From the NCBI GenBank assembly GCA_041601615.1, contig JBFIHX010000012.1, forward strand, positions 1-64,000: a stretch of 64,000 bases of DNA, read 5' to 3'. Of this stretch, positions 55,180-64,000 are shown piece after piece. This DNA is from Thermoplasmatota archaeon (GTDB lineage: Archaea; Thermoplasmatota; E2; JACPAO01; JAHFTW01). Each line of letters opens with the position of its first letter. Position 1 is the stretch's first letter. Below the pieces are notes generated by a model. The model was given only the letters and a program-made list of their open reading frames with translations. It searched no databases and was not told the DNA's origin. The position numbers were made by a program, and so were the translations under genes.

Positions 55180-55624
55180 GGCAGCGCGAACAGGGCGAAT
55201 AGTACGGACTGTCCACCGCCGGGCGCCGGTCGTCTTTGCTGACAAACGGAATCACGTTCGTGCCGGCCGCGGGCGTCCGGAAGCGCAAGTCCTCCACGGG
55301 CAAGCCGCCAACAATGTGCTCGTCCCAAATGCGCGCCGCATCGTCGAGGCCCAAGTGGCTGTACCAAACGCCCTCGGGGTACACCACCATCATTGGTCCA
55401 TGGCCGCACTGACCCAAGCAACCCGCCTTGTTGATACGCAGCGTCTCCTTGAGCCCCGCATCACGCAAGCGGCTCTTCAAGAGCTTCTGGATTTCCTCGG
55501 CCGGCCCGTCCAAGGCACACGCGGAGTCGCTCGTGCAGACAAATGCGTGCAACTCGAAGCGGCGACCCTCCCCATCAACAGGAAGCGGTGCACCGGGGGC
55601 AGGCAGGACGGTTGGATCAGACAC
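55169..55624 (-). CDS. Thioredoxin-like [2Fe-2S] ferredoxin
   Basis: HAFVC...C...RINKAGCLGQCGHGPMMVVYPEGVWY; extra C-terminal CSRC. Confidence 0.9.
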   Translation of the reverse strand: MSDPTVLPAPGAPLPVDGEGRRFELHAFVCTSDSACALDGPAEEIQKLLKSRLRDAGLKETLRINKAGCLGQCGHGPMMVVYPEGVWYSHLGLDDAARIWDEHIVGGLPVEDLRFRTPAAGTNVIPFVSKDDRRPAVDSPYYSPCSRCPTL

Positions 55625-55646
55625 GCACTCGGAGTCTCGTCGGCGG

Positions 55647-55654
55647 GCTTAAGC
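55647..55654. promoter_or_regulatory. Palindromic TATA-like box shared by divergent genes
   Basis: GCTTAAGC centred 26-27 bp from both GTG starts (55624 and 55678). Confidence 0.55.
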
Positions 55655-55677
55655 TCGGCGCCCCGGGTGGCCGGCCC

Positions 55678-55998
55678 GTGGCCCTTCCCAGCGGCATCGA
55701 CTGGCTCATCTTCGTGGGCTCGACCGCATTCAGCGTCGCACTCGTGCCACAACTGGTGCGCACCCTGAAGCTTGGCCGCGCCGACGACCTCAGCATCCCC
55801 TTCGTGGCCCTCGTCATCGCCGCCTCCGCCATGACACTCGTCTACTGGCTCATCCGAGGCGAAAACTGGGAAGTCTACTTCGGATTCCTCGCCAACCTAC
55901 TCGTCTGGAGCGTCGTGCTCTGGTACCGACTGTTTCCACGGCCGGGGAGTCTTGGGCACGAGGCGGACCCTCCACGCCGGCCACATCACGAACCGTGA
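55678..55998 (+). CDS. PQ-loop / SemiSWEET-like transporter
   Basis: ALVPQLVRTLK..RADDLS; 3 TM. Confidence 0.82.
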   Translation: MALPSGIDWLIFVGSTAFSVALVPQLVRTLKLGRADDLSIPFVALVIAASAMTLVYWLIRGENWEVYFGFLANLLVWSVVLWYRLFPRPGSLGHEADPPRRPHHEP

Positions 55999-56024
55999 AG
56001 TAGCCGCCCGCTCTGAACAATCCC

Positions 56025-56480
56025 ATGGAAGGAACACCCCTCGAATTCAACCTCGTGGACCACGATGGCGCCCCCGTCACGCACAAGGACCTAGGAGGCT
56101 CCGCGTACGTCCTGTTCTTCTACCCCAAAGACGACACACCCGGCTGCACCAAGGAAGCATGCGGCATCCGCGACGTCTGGGCAGACTACGCCGCCGCCGG
56201 CCTCAAAGTCTACGGAGTCAGCAAAGACGACGCCGCCAGCCACCAGAAATTCATCGCCAAGTACGACCTGCCCTTCCCGCTTCTCACCGCCACCGAAGAG
56301 CAACTCACAGAACTTGGCGTCTGGAAGGAGAAGAACAACTACGGCAAGAAATACTGGGGCATCAACCGCGAGACCTTCCTTGTCGGCGCCGACGGCAACG
56401 TCCTGAAGCACTACAAGCGCGTCAAGCCCGCCGAACACGCCGGACAGATTCTCGCCGACTTCGCGGCAAGCCAGGCCTAG
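56025..56480 (+). CDS. bcp: Peroxiredoxin Bcp/PrxQ
   Basis: FYPKDDTPGCTKEAC; GINRETFLV. Confidence 0.93.
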   Translation: MEGTPLEFNLVDHDGAPVTHKDLGGSAYVLFFYPKDDTPGCTKEACGIRDVWADYAAAGLKVYGVSKDDAASHQKFIAKYDLPFPLLTATEEQLTELGVWKEKNNYGKKYWGINRETFLVGADGNVLKHYKRVKPAEHAGQILADFAASQA

Positions 56481-56481
56481 C

Positions 56482-56937
56482 ATGGAGACCCTGGACACCC
56501 CCACCATCGAAGCACTGCCCGAACGCCGCTTCTGTGTGCGCCGCCACTTTGGCCCCGCTGCCGCCGTGGACGACACGCGCCGGCCCATGTACCAGCACAT
56601 GATCAGCCACGAACTGGTCGGCGGCCCCAGCGTCCTTCGCCACATCGAGCAAGGCGACGCACCGGACCACACCCTGGACGTGCTGATCGGCGCCACCTGC
56701 AACTTCGACGGCGATTCGGAGGTCCGCGTCGAGGTCGTTGCCGCCGGCGACTACGCCGTACTGGACTTCGAGGGCCCCGAGAGCGCCATCCCCGCCGCCC
56801 TTGACCACCTGCGTGCCTGGGTCGAGGCCTGCGCCCGCACCGCCATCGGCCCGGTCTTGCAAGTCCACCTCATGGACGCCATCGACGGCATCGTCGAACA
56901 ACAGTTCCAGCTTGCACTTGCACCTCGGCGTCTCTGA
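56482..56937 (+). CDS. GyrI-like small-molecule-binding protein
   Basis: AGDYAVLDFEGP...ALDHLRAWV. Confidence 0.7.
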   Translation: METLDTPTIEALPERRFCVRRHFGPAAAVDDTRRPMYQHMISHELVGGPSVLRHIEQGDAPDHTLDVLIGATCNFDGDSEVRVEVVAAGDYAVLDFEGPESAIPAALDHLRAWVEACARTAIGPVLQVHLMDAIDGIVEQQFQLALAPRRL

Positions 56938-56974
56938 CCCGCCGGCTTAAACGGACGCAGCCGGTTCGAGTCAC

Positions 56975-57484
56975 ATGCTCAGGCCGGGCGACGCCGCCCC
57001 CGACTTCGTCCTCAAAGACAGCGACGGCAACGACGTGCGCCTGAGCACCTACAGCGGTCGCCCCATCATCCTCTACTTCTACCCCCGCGACAACAACCCC
57101 AGCTGCGTCGTCCAAGCCAAAGCATTCCGAGACGCACACCCCAAAATCCAATCCTTCGGCGCCGCCCTCGTCGGCGTCAGCATGGACCCCGACCACAGCG
57201 CCTTCCGAGCCAAGCACAAGATCCCCTACCCGCTCCTGTCCGACCGCGACGGCCGCGTCCACGACCTCTACGACGCCTGGCGCACCACCCTGCTGGGAAA
57301 ACGCCCCATCGCCGTACGCCGCTGCACCTACCTCATCGACGGCGACGGCATCATCCGACGCGCCTACCACCGCGTCAACCTCCTGCGCCAAGGACACACA
57401 GTCCTCAAAGACCTCGACCGCCTCAGCGCCCAACGCGAGTGGGGCAAAAAACCCGAACCCCGCCTCAAAGACCTGCGCCCCTAA
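56975..57484 (+). CDS. Bcp-like peroxiredoxin (variant active site)
   Basis: GDAAPDF, YFYPRDNNPSC, RRCTYLID. Confidence 0.85.
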   Translation: MLRPGDAAPDFVLKDSDGNDVRLSTYSGRPIILYFYPRDNNPSCVVQAKAFRDAHPKIQSFGAALVGVSMDPDHSAFRAKHKIPYPLLSDRDGRVHDLYDAWRTTLLGKRPIAVRRCTYLIDGDGIIRRAYHRVNLLRQGHTVLKDLDRLSAQREWGKKPEPRLKDLRP

Positions 57485-57528
57485 CGGCAAGCCACGCACT
57501 TGAAACGCCGCAGCCCGCATCGCCAAAC

Positions 57529-57990
57529 ATGGCCGAGACCCGACTGCGACCCATCCGTGTGGCCGCGACCCTCCCGTATGCCCCCGAAGCCGTCTGGGCC
57601 GTAGTCTCCGACAGCCGCCGCGACCCCGAATGGTGCCCCCTCGTGCCCAGCGTCACCCAAACCACCGGCGACGGCCCCGGCCCCGGCGCTACCTACGACT
57701 TCCAACAACAACTTCCCGACGGCCGCATCGTGGACGGCACCATCAAAGTCATTGGCTACTACGCCCCCGACCACATTGCATGGGACGTAGAAGACGCCGT
57801 CCGCCACTACTTCATCACCATGAGCCTCCGGCCCACGCGACGCGGCCACACCCGCATCACCCAGGAAAGCCACCCCACCTTCAAACGCGACCTAGGCGCC
57901 CGGCGCATCCTTGTTCCCCTCCTGACAAAACGCGCCCTCAAACGACAATATCGAGCCCTCGCCCGGCTCCTCGCCACAGAAACCCAATAG
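57529..57990 (+). CDS. SRPBCC (polyketide cyclase-like) protein
   Basis: APEAVWAVVSD...PEWCPLV...GPGPGATY. Confidence 0.85.
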   Translation: MAETRLRPIRVAATLPYAPEAVWAVVSDSRRDPEWCPLVPSVTQTTGDGPGPGATYDFQQQLPDGRIVDGTIKVIGYYAPDHIAWDVEDAVRHYFITMSLRPTRRGHTRITQESHPTFKRDLGARRILVPLLTKRALKRQYRALARLLATETQ

Positions 57991-58018
57991 GCTCAAATAC
58001 GAGCGTCATAAGTCGCGA

Positions 58019-58163
58019 CCTGGAGACGGCCCGCCTACCGGGACCGCCGATCCAGCTCACACTCATCATTGGAGCACGTTGCTCCCACCCTCCCGACCCC
58101 CGCGCACACAGCCGCCATGGGGTCGCATTGAGGCGAAGCCCAGAGTGGGCAGGCCGTCCCAGG
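58019..58163 (+). ncRNA. Candidate structured 5' leader RNA of dnaG
   Basis: Ends pair over ~18 bp and enclose two further hairpins; ends 11 nt before the ATG. Confidence 0.5.
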
Positions 58164-58174
58164 AAACCATTCAC

Positions 58175-59686
58175 ATGTCTGTCGACCCCACGACCACCAA
58201 GTACGTCATCCACGCCACCATCAAGGCGGAGGGCGTCATCGAAAAACCCGACATCATCGGCGCCATCTTCGGACAAACCGAAGGCCTGCTCGGCAACGAA
58301 CTCGACCTTCGCGACCTCCAAAAGGGTGCTCGAATCGGACGCATCGAAGTGGACGTGGAAACCAACCGCGGCCGCAGCACCGGCATCATCCTCCTGCCCA
58401 GCGCTATGGACAAGGTCGAATCCGCCATCCTCGCCGCCGCCCTCGAAACCATCGACCGCATCGGCCCCGCCAAAGCGACCGTCCGCGTCGACAAAATCGA
58501 AGACACCCGCCTTGCCAAGCGCGACCAAGTGGTCAACCGCGCCAAGGAACTCCTCTCCAGCATCAACGAAGACCCGGCCCAAGACTCCGGCCGCATCACG
58601 GACGAAGTACGCAACGCCGTCCAAGTCGCTGAAATCGCCAAGTTCCGCAACACCAAGATCTGGTGCGGCCCGAACGTCGAATCCGCCGACAGCATCATCA
58701 TCGTCGAAGGCCGCAGCGACGTGCTGAACCTCCTCAAGTTCGGCATCAAGAACACCATCGCCGTCGAGGGCACCAACGTCCCCGTTGAGGTGCAAGAGCT
58801 GACCCGCGAGAAGACCACCACCATCTTCGTCGATGGCGACCGTGGCGGCGAACTCGTCGCCCGCGAGCTTCTCGAAACCTGCGAAGTGGACTTCGTCGCC
58901 CGCGCCCCCAACACCCGCGAGGTCGAGGAACTTCCCCACAAACTCGTGATGAAGTGCCTCAAAAACAAGACCACCGCAGAGCAATTCATCAGCCAGCACG
59001 GCCTCAACATCAAGCGACCCGAAGGCGGCAAGGTCCTCCCCGCAGCCGAGCGCAAGACCAGCGACCGCGCCCCCTCCTCCGAGCGCACCGCGGAACGCTC
59101 CTCCGAACGCTCCTCGGACCGCAGCAGCGACCGTGCTCCCGCCACCGACCGCGAACCCCGTGGCGACGACGAGAAATCCGGCCGCGCCCGCCGTGGACGC
59201 CGCGGTGGCCGTGGCAAGCGCGACGACGACGCTGAGGGCGAGCAACAGAAACTCTCCGCGTCCAGCGACGACGCCGCCGAGAAGGAAGACAAGCCCGCGC
59301 CCCGTGGCCGCACCGCCAGCCCCGCCAAGAAGAGCGAACCCAAGAGCCGCGAACCTGCCCCCAAGGCGGCCCCCAAGAAGCGCGCCGACGACCCCCGCGC
59401 CGGTCTGCGCGACGCGCTATCCGGACTCGCCGGCAGCCTCAAGGCGACCCTCCTCGACGACGCCGGCGCCCCTGTGCGCGAAGGCCTCGCCGTGCGTGAA
59501 CTCGCCGACACCCTCAAGGGAGGCAAGGACGCCGTGCACACCGTCGTCTTCGACGGCGTCATTACCCAGCGCCTCCTCGATATCGCGGCCGACAAGAAGG
59601 TCCAGACCGTCGTCGGCGTCAAGATGGGCAACGTGACCAAGGTTCCCGACACTGTGGAAATCCTGACCAAGGACGACCTGAACTGA
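58175..59686 (+). CDS. dnaG: Archaeal DnaG (TOPRIM, exosome-associated)
   Basis: IEKPDIIGAIFGQTEGLLG, IIVEGRSDVLNL, FVDGDRGG, VVFDGVITQRLLD. Confidence 0.96.
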   Translation: MSVDPTTTKYVIHATIKAEGVIEKPDIIGAIFGQTEGLLGNELDLRDLQKGARIGRIEVDVETNRGRSTGIILLPSAMDKVESAILAAALETIDRIGPAKATVRVDKIEDTRLAKRDQVVNRAKELLSSINEDPAQDSGRITDEVRNAVQVAEIAKFRNTKIWCGPNVESADSIIIVEGRSDVLNLLKFGIKNTIAVEGTNVPVEVQELTREKTTTIFVDGDRGGELVARELLETCEVDFVARAPNTREVEELPHKLVMKCLKNKTTAEQFISQHGLNIKRPEGGKVLPAAERKTSDRAPSSERTAERSSERSSDRSSDRAPATDREPRGDDEKSGRARRGRRGGRGKRDDDAEGEQQKLSASSDDAAEKEDKPAPRGRTASPAKKSEPKSREPAPKAAPKKRADDPRAGLRDALSGLAGSLKATLLDDAGAPVREGLAVRELADTLKGGKDAVHTVVFDGVITQRLLDIAADKKVQTVVGVKMGNVTKVPDTVEILTKDDLN

Positions 59687-59700
59687 TCAGGTCCCTCCAA

Positions 59701-59731
59701 CCTGTCCTCTTTCCCCTTCCTTCTTCCTTTG
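59701..59731 (+). terminator. Pyrimidine-rich terminator candidate after dnaG
   Basis: CCTGTCCTCTTTCCCCTTCCTTCTTCCTTTG. Confidence 0.5.
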
Positions 59732-59841
59732 CAACCTTGCGCCCCGGCCCACGGTACGTCAAGATGTTCAGCGCAACAACCGACCAACAGTTCCAGCAAT
59801 TTGCGCCAACCACCTCGTGGCACTAGCGCCGAGGAACCATC

Positions 59842-60168
59842 ATGCGCCTCTGGCCCATGCTCCTGGCTCCGCTGGTCACCGCCGCAACCCTGGGTGCCGC
59901 AGGAATGTGGCTCTCGTCGGCCGAAATGCTGCATTCGCGCCTCTCGTACGATTCGCTTGGCGGGCCCGCCGCCTACATCCTGTATGCCGTTGTGGTCGGA
60001 TTGGGCGTCCTTCATTGGCTCGTGGACGTCTTGCTGCGCGAGGTTCGGCGAGCAATCGACCAGCGTCGAAATCGCCACCGGGCACGGTCCAGGCAGCCAG
60101 CGGCGGGCCATCTTGGTGCGCCGCGAGGAATCTACGATCGCCCCGTGACCCTGCCGCCGCGACCGTAA
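59842..60168 (+). CDS. Small membrane protein
   Basis: GAGG SD-like sequence; two hydrophobic segments and a basic tail. Confidence 0.5.
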   Translation: MRLWPMLLAPLVTAATLGAAGMWLSSAEMLHSRLSYDSLGGPAAYILYAVVVGLGVLHWLVDVLLREVRRAIDQRRNRHRARSRQPAAGHLGAPRGIYDRPVTLPPRP

Positions 60169-60203
60169 GAACGCCCATGTAGCGGGGGTTTGTGCCCGCC
60201 ATC

Positions 60204-60668
60204 GTGCAGTACTGGTTGATGAAATCGGAGCCGGAAAAATTCTCCATCGACCACTTGGAAGCGGCCGGTTCCACGCACTGGGACGGCGTTCGCAACTACC
60301 AGGCCCGCAACATGATGCGCGACGAAATGAAGGTCGGTGATCGCGTCCTGTTCTACCACAGCAATGCCACCCCGCCCGGAGTGGCCGGCGTTGCCACCGT
60401 GTGCAAGGAAGGCTACCCGGACCACACCGCCTGGGACGCCGACGATGCGCACTTTGACGCCAAAACGGACCCCGAAAACCCGCGTTGGATGATGGTGGAC
60501 ATCGCCTTTGAAGCACGAATGCCGAACTTCCTGCCGCTCGACCAGTTGCGCCAGAACGAAAACCTCAGCGACATGCTCCTGCTGCGACGGGGCCAGCGCT
60601 TGTCCGTGCAGCCCGTGGAACCGGAACACTTCGAGGAAGTTCTGCGCATGGGCGGGTTGCAGCCGTAG
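60204..60668 (+). CDS. EVE domain protein
   Basis: YWLMKSEP, WDGVRNYQARN, GDRVLFYHS, RLSVQPV. Confidence 0.93.
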   Translation: MQYWLMKSEPEKFSIDHLEAAGSTHWDGVRNYQARNMMRDEMKVGDRVLFYHSNATPPGVAGVATVCKEGYPDHTAWDADDAHFDAKTDPENPRWMMVDIAFEARMPNFLPLDQLRQNENLSDMLLLRRGQRLSVQPVEPEHFEEVLRMGGLQP

Positions 60669-60683
60669 CGGGGCGGCGGGCGC

Positions 60684-61460
60684 TTACCCGATGATGTTCT
60701 TGTAGACGCGGACGTTGATGAACGCCAGGATGACGCCGATCACACCCCCGAGCCCAAGCCCAATGGCGAGGTCCACGAGCGCATCGCTCCAACCTGTAAT
60801 CATCAAGCCGCGCATGCCTTGGATCATGTAGTCCACGGGGTTGTACTCGGTGATGTTGGCAAGCCAGCTTGGCAGGAGGTTGGCGGGCATGAACGCGGTG
60901 CTCATGAACAGCAAGAGGAAGAACAACGGGAACATTGCCTGTGTCGCCTGGTCGCTGCGGGTTTTCATGGCGAGAATCATCACGGCCATTCCTGTCGTGA
61001 GGGTCCCGAACACGACCGCCGCTGCCAGGATGACGAGGGCGCCGACGATGCCGGTTTCGGGCATGCCGCCGATGCCGATGGCGATTCCGAGAATGAGCAC
61101 ACCTTGCAAGAAGACGCGGGTCATTTCGGCCATGAGCCTTGCAAAGATGACGCCGCTGGGACTGGCGGGGGTCGTTCGCAGCTTGTCAAAGTAGCCAGTG
61201 CGCAAGTCGACGATGAACGCCGCACTGCTGTTGGCCATGCCGATGACGGCGGTCAGGAGGATGATGGCTGGCGCGATGAAGGTGTAGTAGCTGATGTCCG
61301 TTCCAAACAGGGGGTGGCCTGGAATCGCGGTGGTGTTGCGGAACACACTCCCAAACAACAGGAGTTGGATGATCGGCATTATGACGCCAAAGACCAGCAC
61401 TGCCGGAATGCGGGGCATTTGCCGGATGTTGCGCTTGTAGAGTTGGACAAAGACGCTCAT
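60684..61460 (-). CDS. ABC-2 permease (DrrB-like)
   Basis: DLRTGYFDKLRTTP, FMSTAFMP...LPSWL..YNPV. Confidence 0.9.
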   Translation of the reverse strand: MSVFVQLYKRNIRQMPRIPAVLVFGVIMPIIQLLLFGSVFRNTTAIPGHPLFGTDISYYTFIAPAIILLTAVIGMANSSAAFIVDLRTGYFDKLRTTPASPSGVIFARLMAEMTRVFLQGVLILGIAIGIGGMPETGIVGALVILAAAVVFGTLTTGMAVMILAMKTRSDQATQAMFPLFFLLLFMSTAFMPANLLPSWLANITEYNPVDYMIQGMRGLMITGWSDALVDLAIGLGLGGVIGVILAFINVRVYKNIIG

Positions 61461-62476
61461 GGGGTCGCCTCCAGGGCGTCGGGTTCGAGTCGCTTGCCGG
61501 TGTACTTGTGGAAGGCGTCGTCCAGGCTGGGCGTGAGGACTCGCGTGGAGGAAACTTTGAGTCCGGCGCCATCCACGAGCCGGAGCAGGGGCAGGAGGCT
61601 TTCGCCGCCGTCGCGCACGCGCACTTCCAATACGCCGTCATGGAATTTGGCCGGCGCTCCCTTGAGGTGGCTTTGCAGCGCCTTTTGCTGCTCTGTGGTG
61701 GGTGCCGCTCCGAGGCGCACGCGAATGGTGTCCGCTCCGACGCTGCGCTTGAGGCGTTCGGGGGTGTCGATGGCGGCGATGCGGCCTTCGTTCATGATCG
61801 CGATGCGGTCGCAGAGTTGGTCCGCCTCCTCCATGTAATGCGTGCTCATCAGAACCGTGAGCCCACGGTCGCGGGTGAGGCGCCGCAGGATGTTCCAGAG
61901 GTCCGTGCGGCTGTGCGGATCAAGGCCCGTGGTCGGCTCGTCCAAAAACAATACGTCTGGATCATGGATCAGACTCACGGCCAGATCGAGGCGCCGCTGC
62001 ATGCCGCCGCTGAAGGCAGTTACGCGACGCTTGCGGTGGGCAACGAGGTCGAAGGTTTCCAGAAGCTCCGTGGCGCGGCGCTTGGCCTCGCGCATAGGGA
62101 TTCCATGGAGTCGGGCGTGAAAGTGCAGCATCTCTTCGGCAGTTGCCAAATCGTCGATGCCCACGTCTTGCATGGCGAATCCGATGCGGCGGCGAATCGC
62201 CTTGGCGTCGCGTTGCACGTCCATGCCAAGCACACGGGCTCCACCGCTGGTGGCGCGGTGCAGCGTGCCCAGAACGTGCATTGCGGTGGTCTTGCCGGCA
62301 CCATTGGGTCCCAAGAGTCCGAAAATCTCGCCCTTCTGGACCGCGAAGCTGACTCCTTGGACGGCGTAGGTGCCGTCGCGGTAGCGTTTCTGGAGGTTGC
62401 GCACTTCGAGGGCAGGGGCATTCGCGTGGGGACGGACCTGGGCCACGGCGGGGGCGACGGGGGTTTCGGTCTTCAC
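61457..62476 (-). CDS. ABC ATPase (DrrA-like)
   Basis: GPNGAGKTT, FSGGMQRR, FLDEPTTGLDP, THYMEEA. Confidence 0.94.
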   Translation of the reverse strand: MKTETPVAPAVAQVRPHANAPALEVRNLQKRYRDGTYAVQGVSFAVQKGEIFGLLGPNGAGKTTAMHVLGTLHRATSGGARVLGMDVQRDAKAIRRRIGFAMQDVGIDDLATAEEMLHFHARLHGIPMREAKRRATELLETFDLVAHRKRRVTAFSGGMQRRLDLAVSLIHDPDVLFLDEPTTGLDPHSRTDLWNILRRLTRDRGLTVLMSTHYMEEADQLCDRIAIMNEGRIAAIDTPERLKRSVGADTIRVRLGAAPTTEQQKALQSHLKGAPAKFHDGVLEVRVRDGGESLLPLLRLVDGAGLKVSSTRVLTPSLDDAFHKYTGKRLEPDALEATP

Positions 62477-62597
62477 GCCTTCGCCGTGGGCATGGCGAGG
62501 GGACGCATCAGGGGCGGCGTGGTTCGTGTGCGTTGAGGATGCATGGGTTTTGTAGCAAAAAACAAGTGAAATAGTAGTTCGTTGCTACGAAGCAACC

Positions 62598-62954
62598 ATG
62601 GCCCAAGCGCCGCCTTGTGGAGATCCCGAATGCCAAGCGCACCGGACTTTCGACCTTCTTGGGCGGCCCCATGTGCTTGCCCTTCTGTTTGTGGTGGTGC
62701 ACGAGGAGCGACGAGCGTGGCGTTTTGGCGAACTTCGAGAACGGCTGGACATCGCGGCAAGCGTCTTGTCGGACAAATTGAAGGCGCTCATTGACGTGGG
62801 ATTGATCACACGGCACGAGTACGCGGAGATGCCGCCGCGCGTTGAGTACGAAGCGACCGAGGATGCGTTGTCTTTGGATGATGCGTTCAAGGTGTTTTCG
62901 CGCTGGGGCGCCAAGCGGCACAAAACCCGCCATACGACGGGCACACCCTCTTAG
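62598..62954 (+). CDS. HxlR family winged-helix regulator
   Basis: RFGELRERL, LSDKLKAL, PPRVEYE; divergent from the ABC exporter. Confidence 0.88.
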   Translation: MAQAPPCGDPECQAHRTFDLLGRPHVLALLFVVVHEERRAWRFGELRERLDIAASVLSDKLKALIDVGLITRHEYAEMPPRVEYEATEDALSLDDAFKVFSRWGAKRHKTRHTTGTPS

Positions 62955-62976
62955 TCGGCGCCCCGCTCCTTCATGC

Positions 62977-64000
62977 ATGAGCTTTGACACCGACCGCATC
63001 CGCGCCGACTTTCCGGTCTTGGAACGCACCGTAGACGGCCCCGGCGGGCCGCACCCGCTCATCTTCATGGACCACGGCGCCAGCACCCACGCGCCTCGGC
63101 CCGTCTTGGACGCGGTCATGGACTTGCACACGAAGCACTACGCCAACATCCACCGAGGCAACCACGCCCTGAGCATCGAAAGCAGCGACCTGTTCGACGC
63201 CGCCCACGAAACCTTCGCACGCTTCATCGGCGCTCGGCCCGACGCCGCCAACTTCGTCATGACCGGCAACACCACGGATGCCTTGACGCTCGCGGCCCAC
63301 GTCATGCGCCAACACGACGGCGTCACGCTTACCACCCTCGCCGAACACCACAGCAACGACCTGCCGCACCGCGCCGCCGGGGACGTGGTGCATGTGGACG
63401 TGGACCAACAAGGCCGCATCGACCTCGTCGACGTGGAAGATGCCCTCGCCGCGCACACGGTCAAACTGGTGAGCATCACAGGTTGCAGCAACGTCACCGG
63501 CTACCTCCCGCCCATCCACGACGTGGCAAGGCTTGCCCACGATGCCGGAGCCAAGATTCTCGTCGACGCCGCGCAATTGTATGCGCACGTTCCCATCGAC
63601 GTCAAGCCCGACGACCACCCGGAACACATCGACTTCCTGGCCGCTGCCGGCCACAAAGCCTACGCGCCCTTCGGCAGCGCCTTCCTGTACGGCCCCTCCG
63701 AATTGCTCGACGCGGCACCTCCCTACATGCCCGGAGGCGGCACCGTCGAATGGGTCACGGCCGCCGACGCCTGGTTCACCAAAGGCGCCGAGCGACACAT
63801 GGGTGGCACTCCCAACATCACCGGCGTCGTGGCGTTTGCCGCGGCCACCGAATACCTAGCGGGAATCGGCATGGACAACGTGCGGGCCCACGAAGTAGAG
63901 CTGATCAACCAAGGACTGGCTGGCTTTGCCGCTCTCGAAGCAGACCACGGAGTGGAAATGTTTGGGCCCCGCACCGCCGCCGAGAAGGCCGCCGTCTTCA
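62977..64000 (+). CDS. Class V aminotransferase / SufS-like cysteine desulfurase (runs off window end)
   Basis: MSFDTDRIRADFPVL, MDHGAST, YANIHRG, EHHSN, VDAAQ, AGHKAYAP, GTPN. Confidence 0.9.
   Translation, partial: MSFDTDRIRADFPVLERTVDGPGGPHPLIFMDHGASTHAPRPVLDAVMDLHTKHYANIHRGNHALSIESSDLFDAAHETFARFIGARPDAANFVMTGNTTDALTLAAHVMRQHDGVTLTTLAEHHSNDLPHRAAGDVVHVDVDQQGRIDLVDVEDALAAHTVKLVSITGCSNVTGYLPPIHDVARLAHDAGAKILVDAAQLYAHVPIDVKPDDHPEHIDFLAAAGHKAYAPFGSAFLYGPSELLDAAPPYMPGGGTVEWVTAADAWFTKGAERHMGGTPNITGVVAFAAATEYLAGIGMDNVRAHEVELINQGLAGFAALEADHGVEMFGPRTAAEKAAVF

Noticed and set aside
58171-60516. 781-aa minus-strand ORF
   Set aside because: Antisense shadow of dnaG and the EVE gene in high-GC DNA; no motifs
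60204-60668. EVE protein as part of a modification-dependent restriction system
   Set aside because: Stand-alone EVE domain with no adjacent nuclease or ATPase
62971-63798. 275-aa minus-strand ORF
   Set aside because: Antisense to the SufS-like gene, which the ORF track missed because it runs off the window

Overview
High-GC archaeal chromosomal segment. The eL44/eS27, GINS51, PriS/PriL, PCNA, TFS, aIF5A and archaeal DnaG genes make it archaeal; a Thermoplasmatota-like lineage is my inference. It carries the conserved replication-translation cluster (tfs...pcna-priL-priS-gins51-rpl44e-rps27e), interrupted by accessory genes, plus many secreted, lipoprotein and Cys-rich genes, ABC and RND transporters, a bacterial-type speA, a type II TA pair, and a type IV-like TA/defence pair whose antitoxin carries a NucS-like nuclease domain. 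No tRNA, rRNA, CRISPR-cas, integrase or transposase was recognised. The most unusual signals are non-coding: a 4x palindromic operator array before the NucS-AbiEi gene; a fold-back cluster built from mirrored copies of the tfs 3' end; large structured 5' leaders on dnaG and rpl44e in an otherwise apparently leaderless transcriptome; a ~61-bp two-palindrome tandem array; a bacterial parS-like 16-mer beside pcna; and a strand-composition switch near 47 kb. All calls were made by eye from motifs; no database searches were run.
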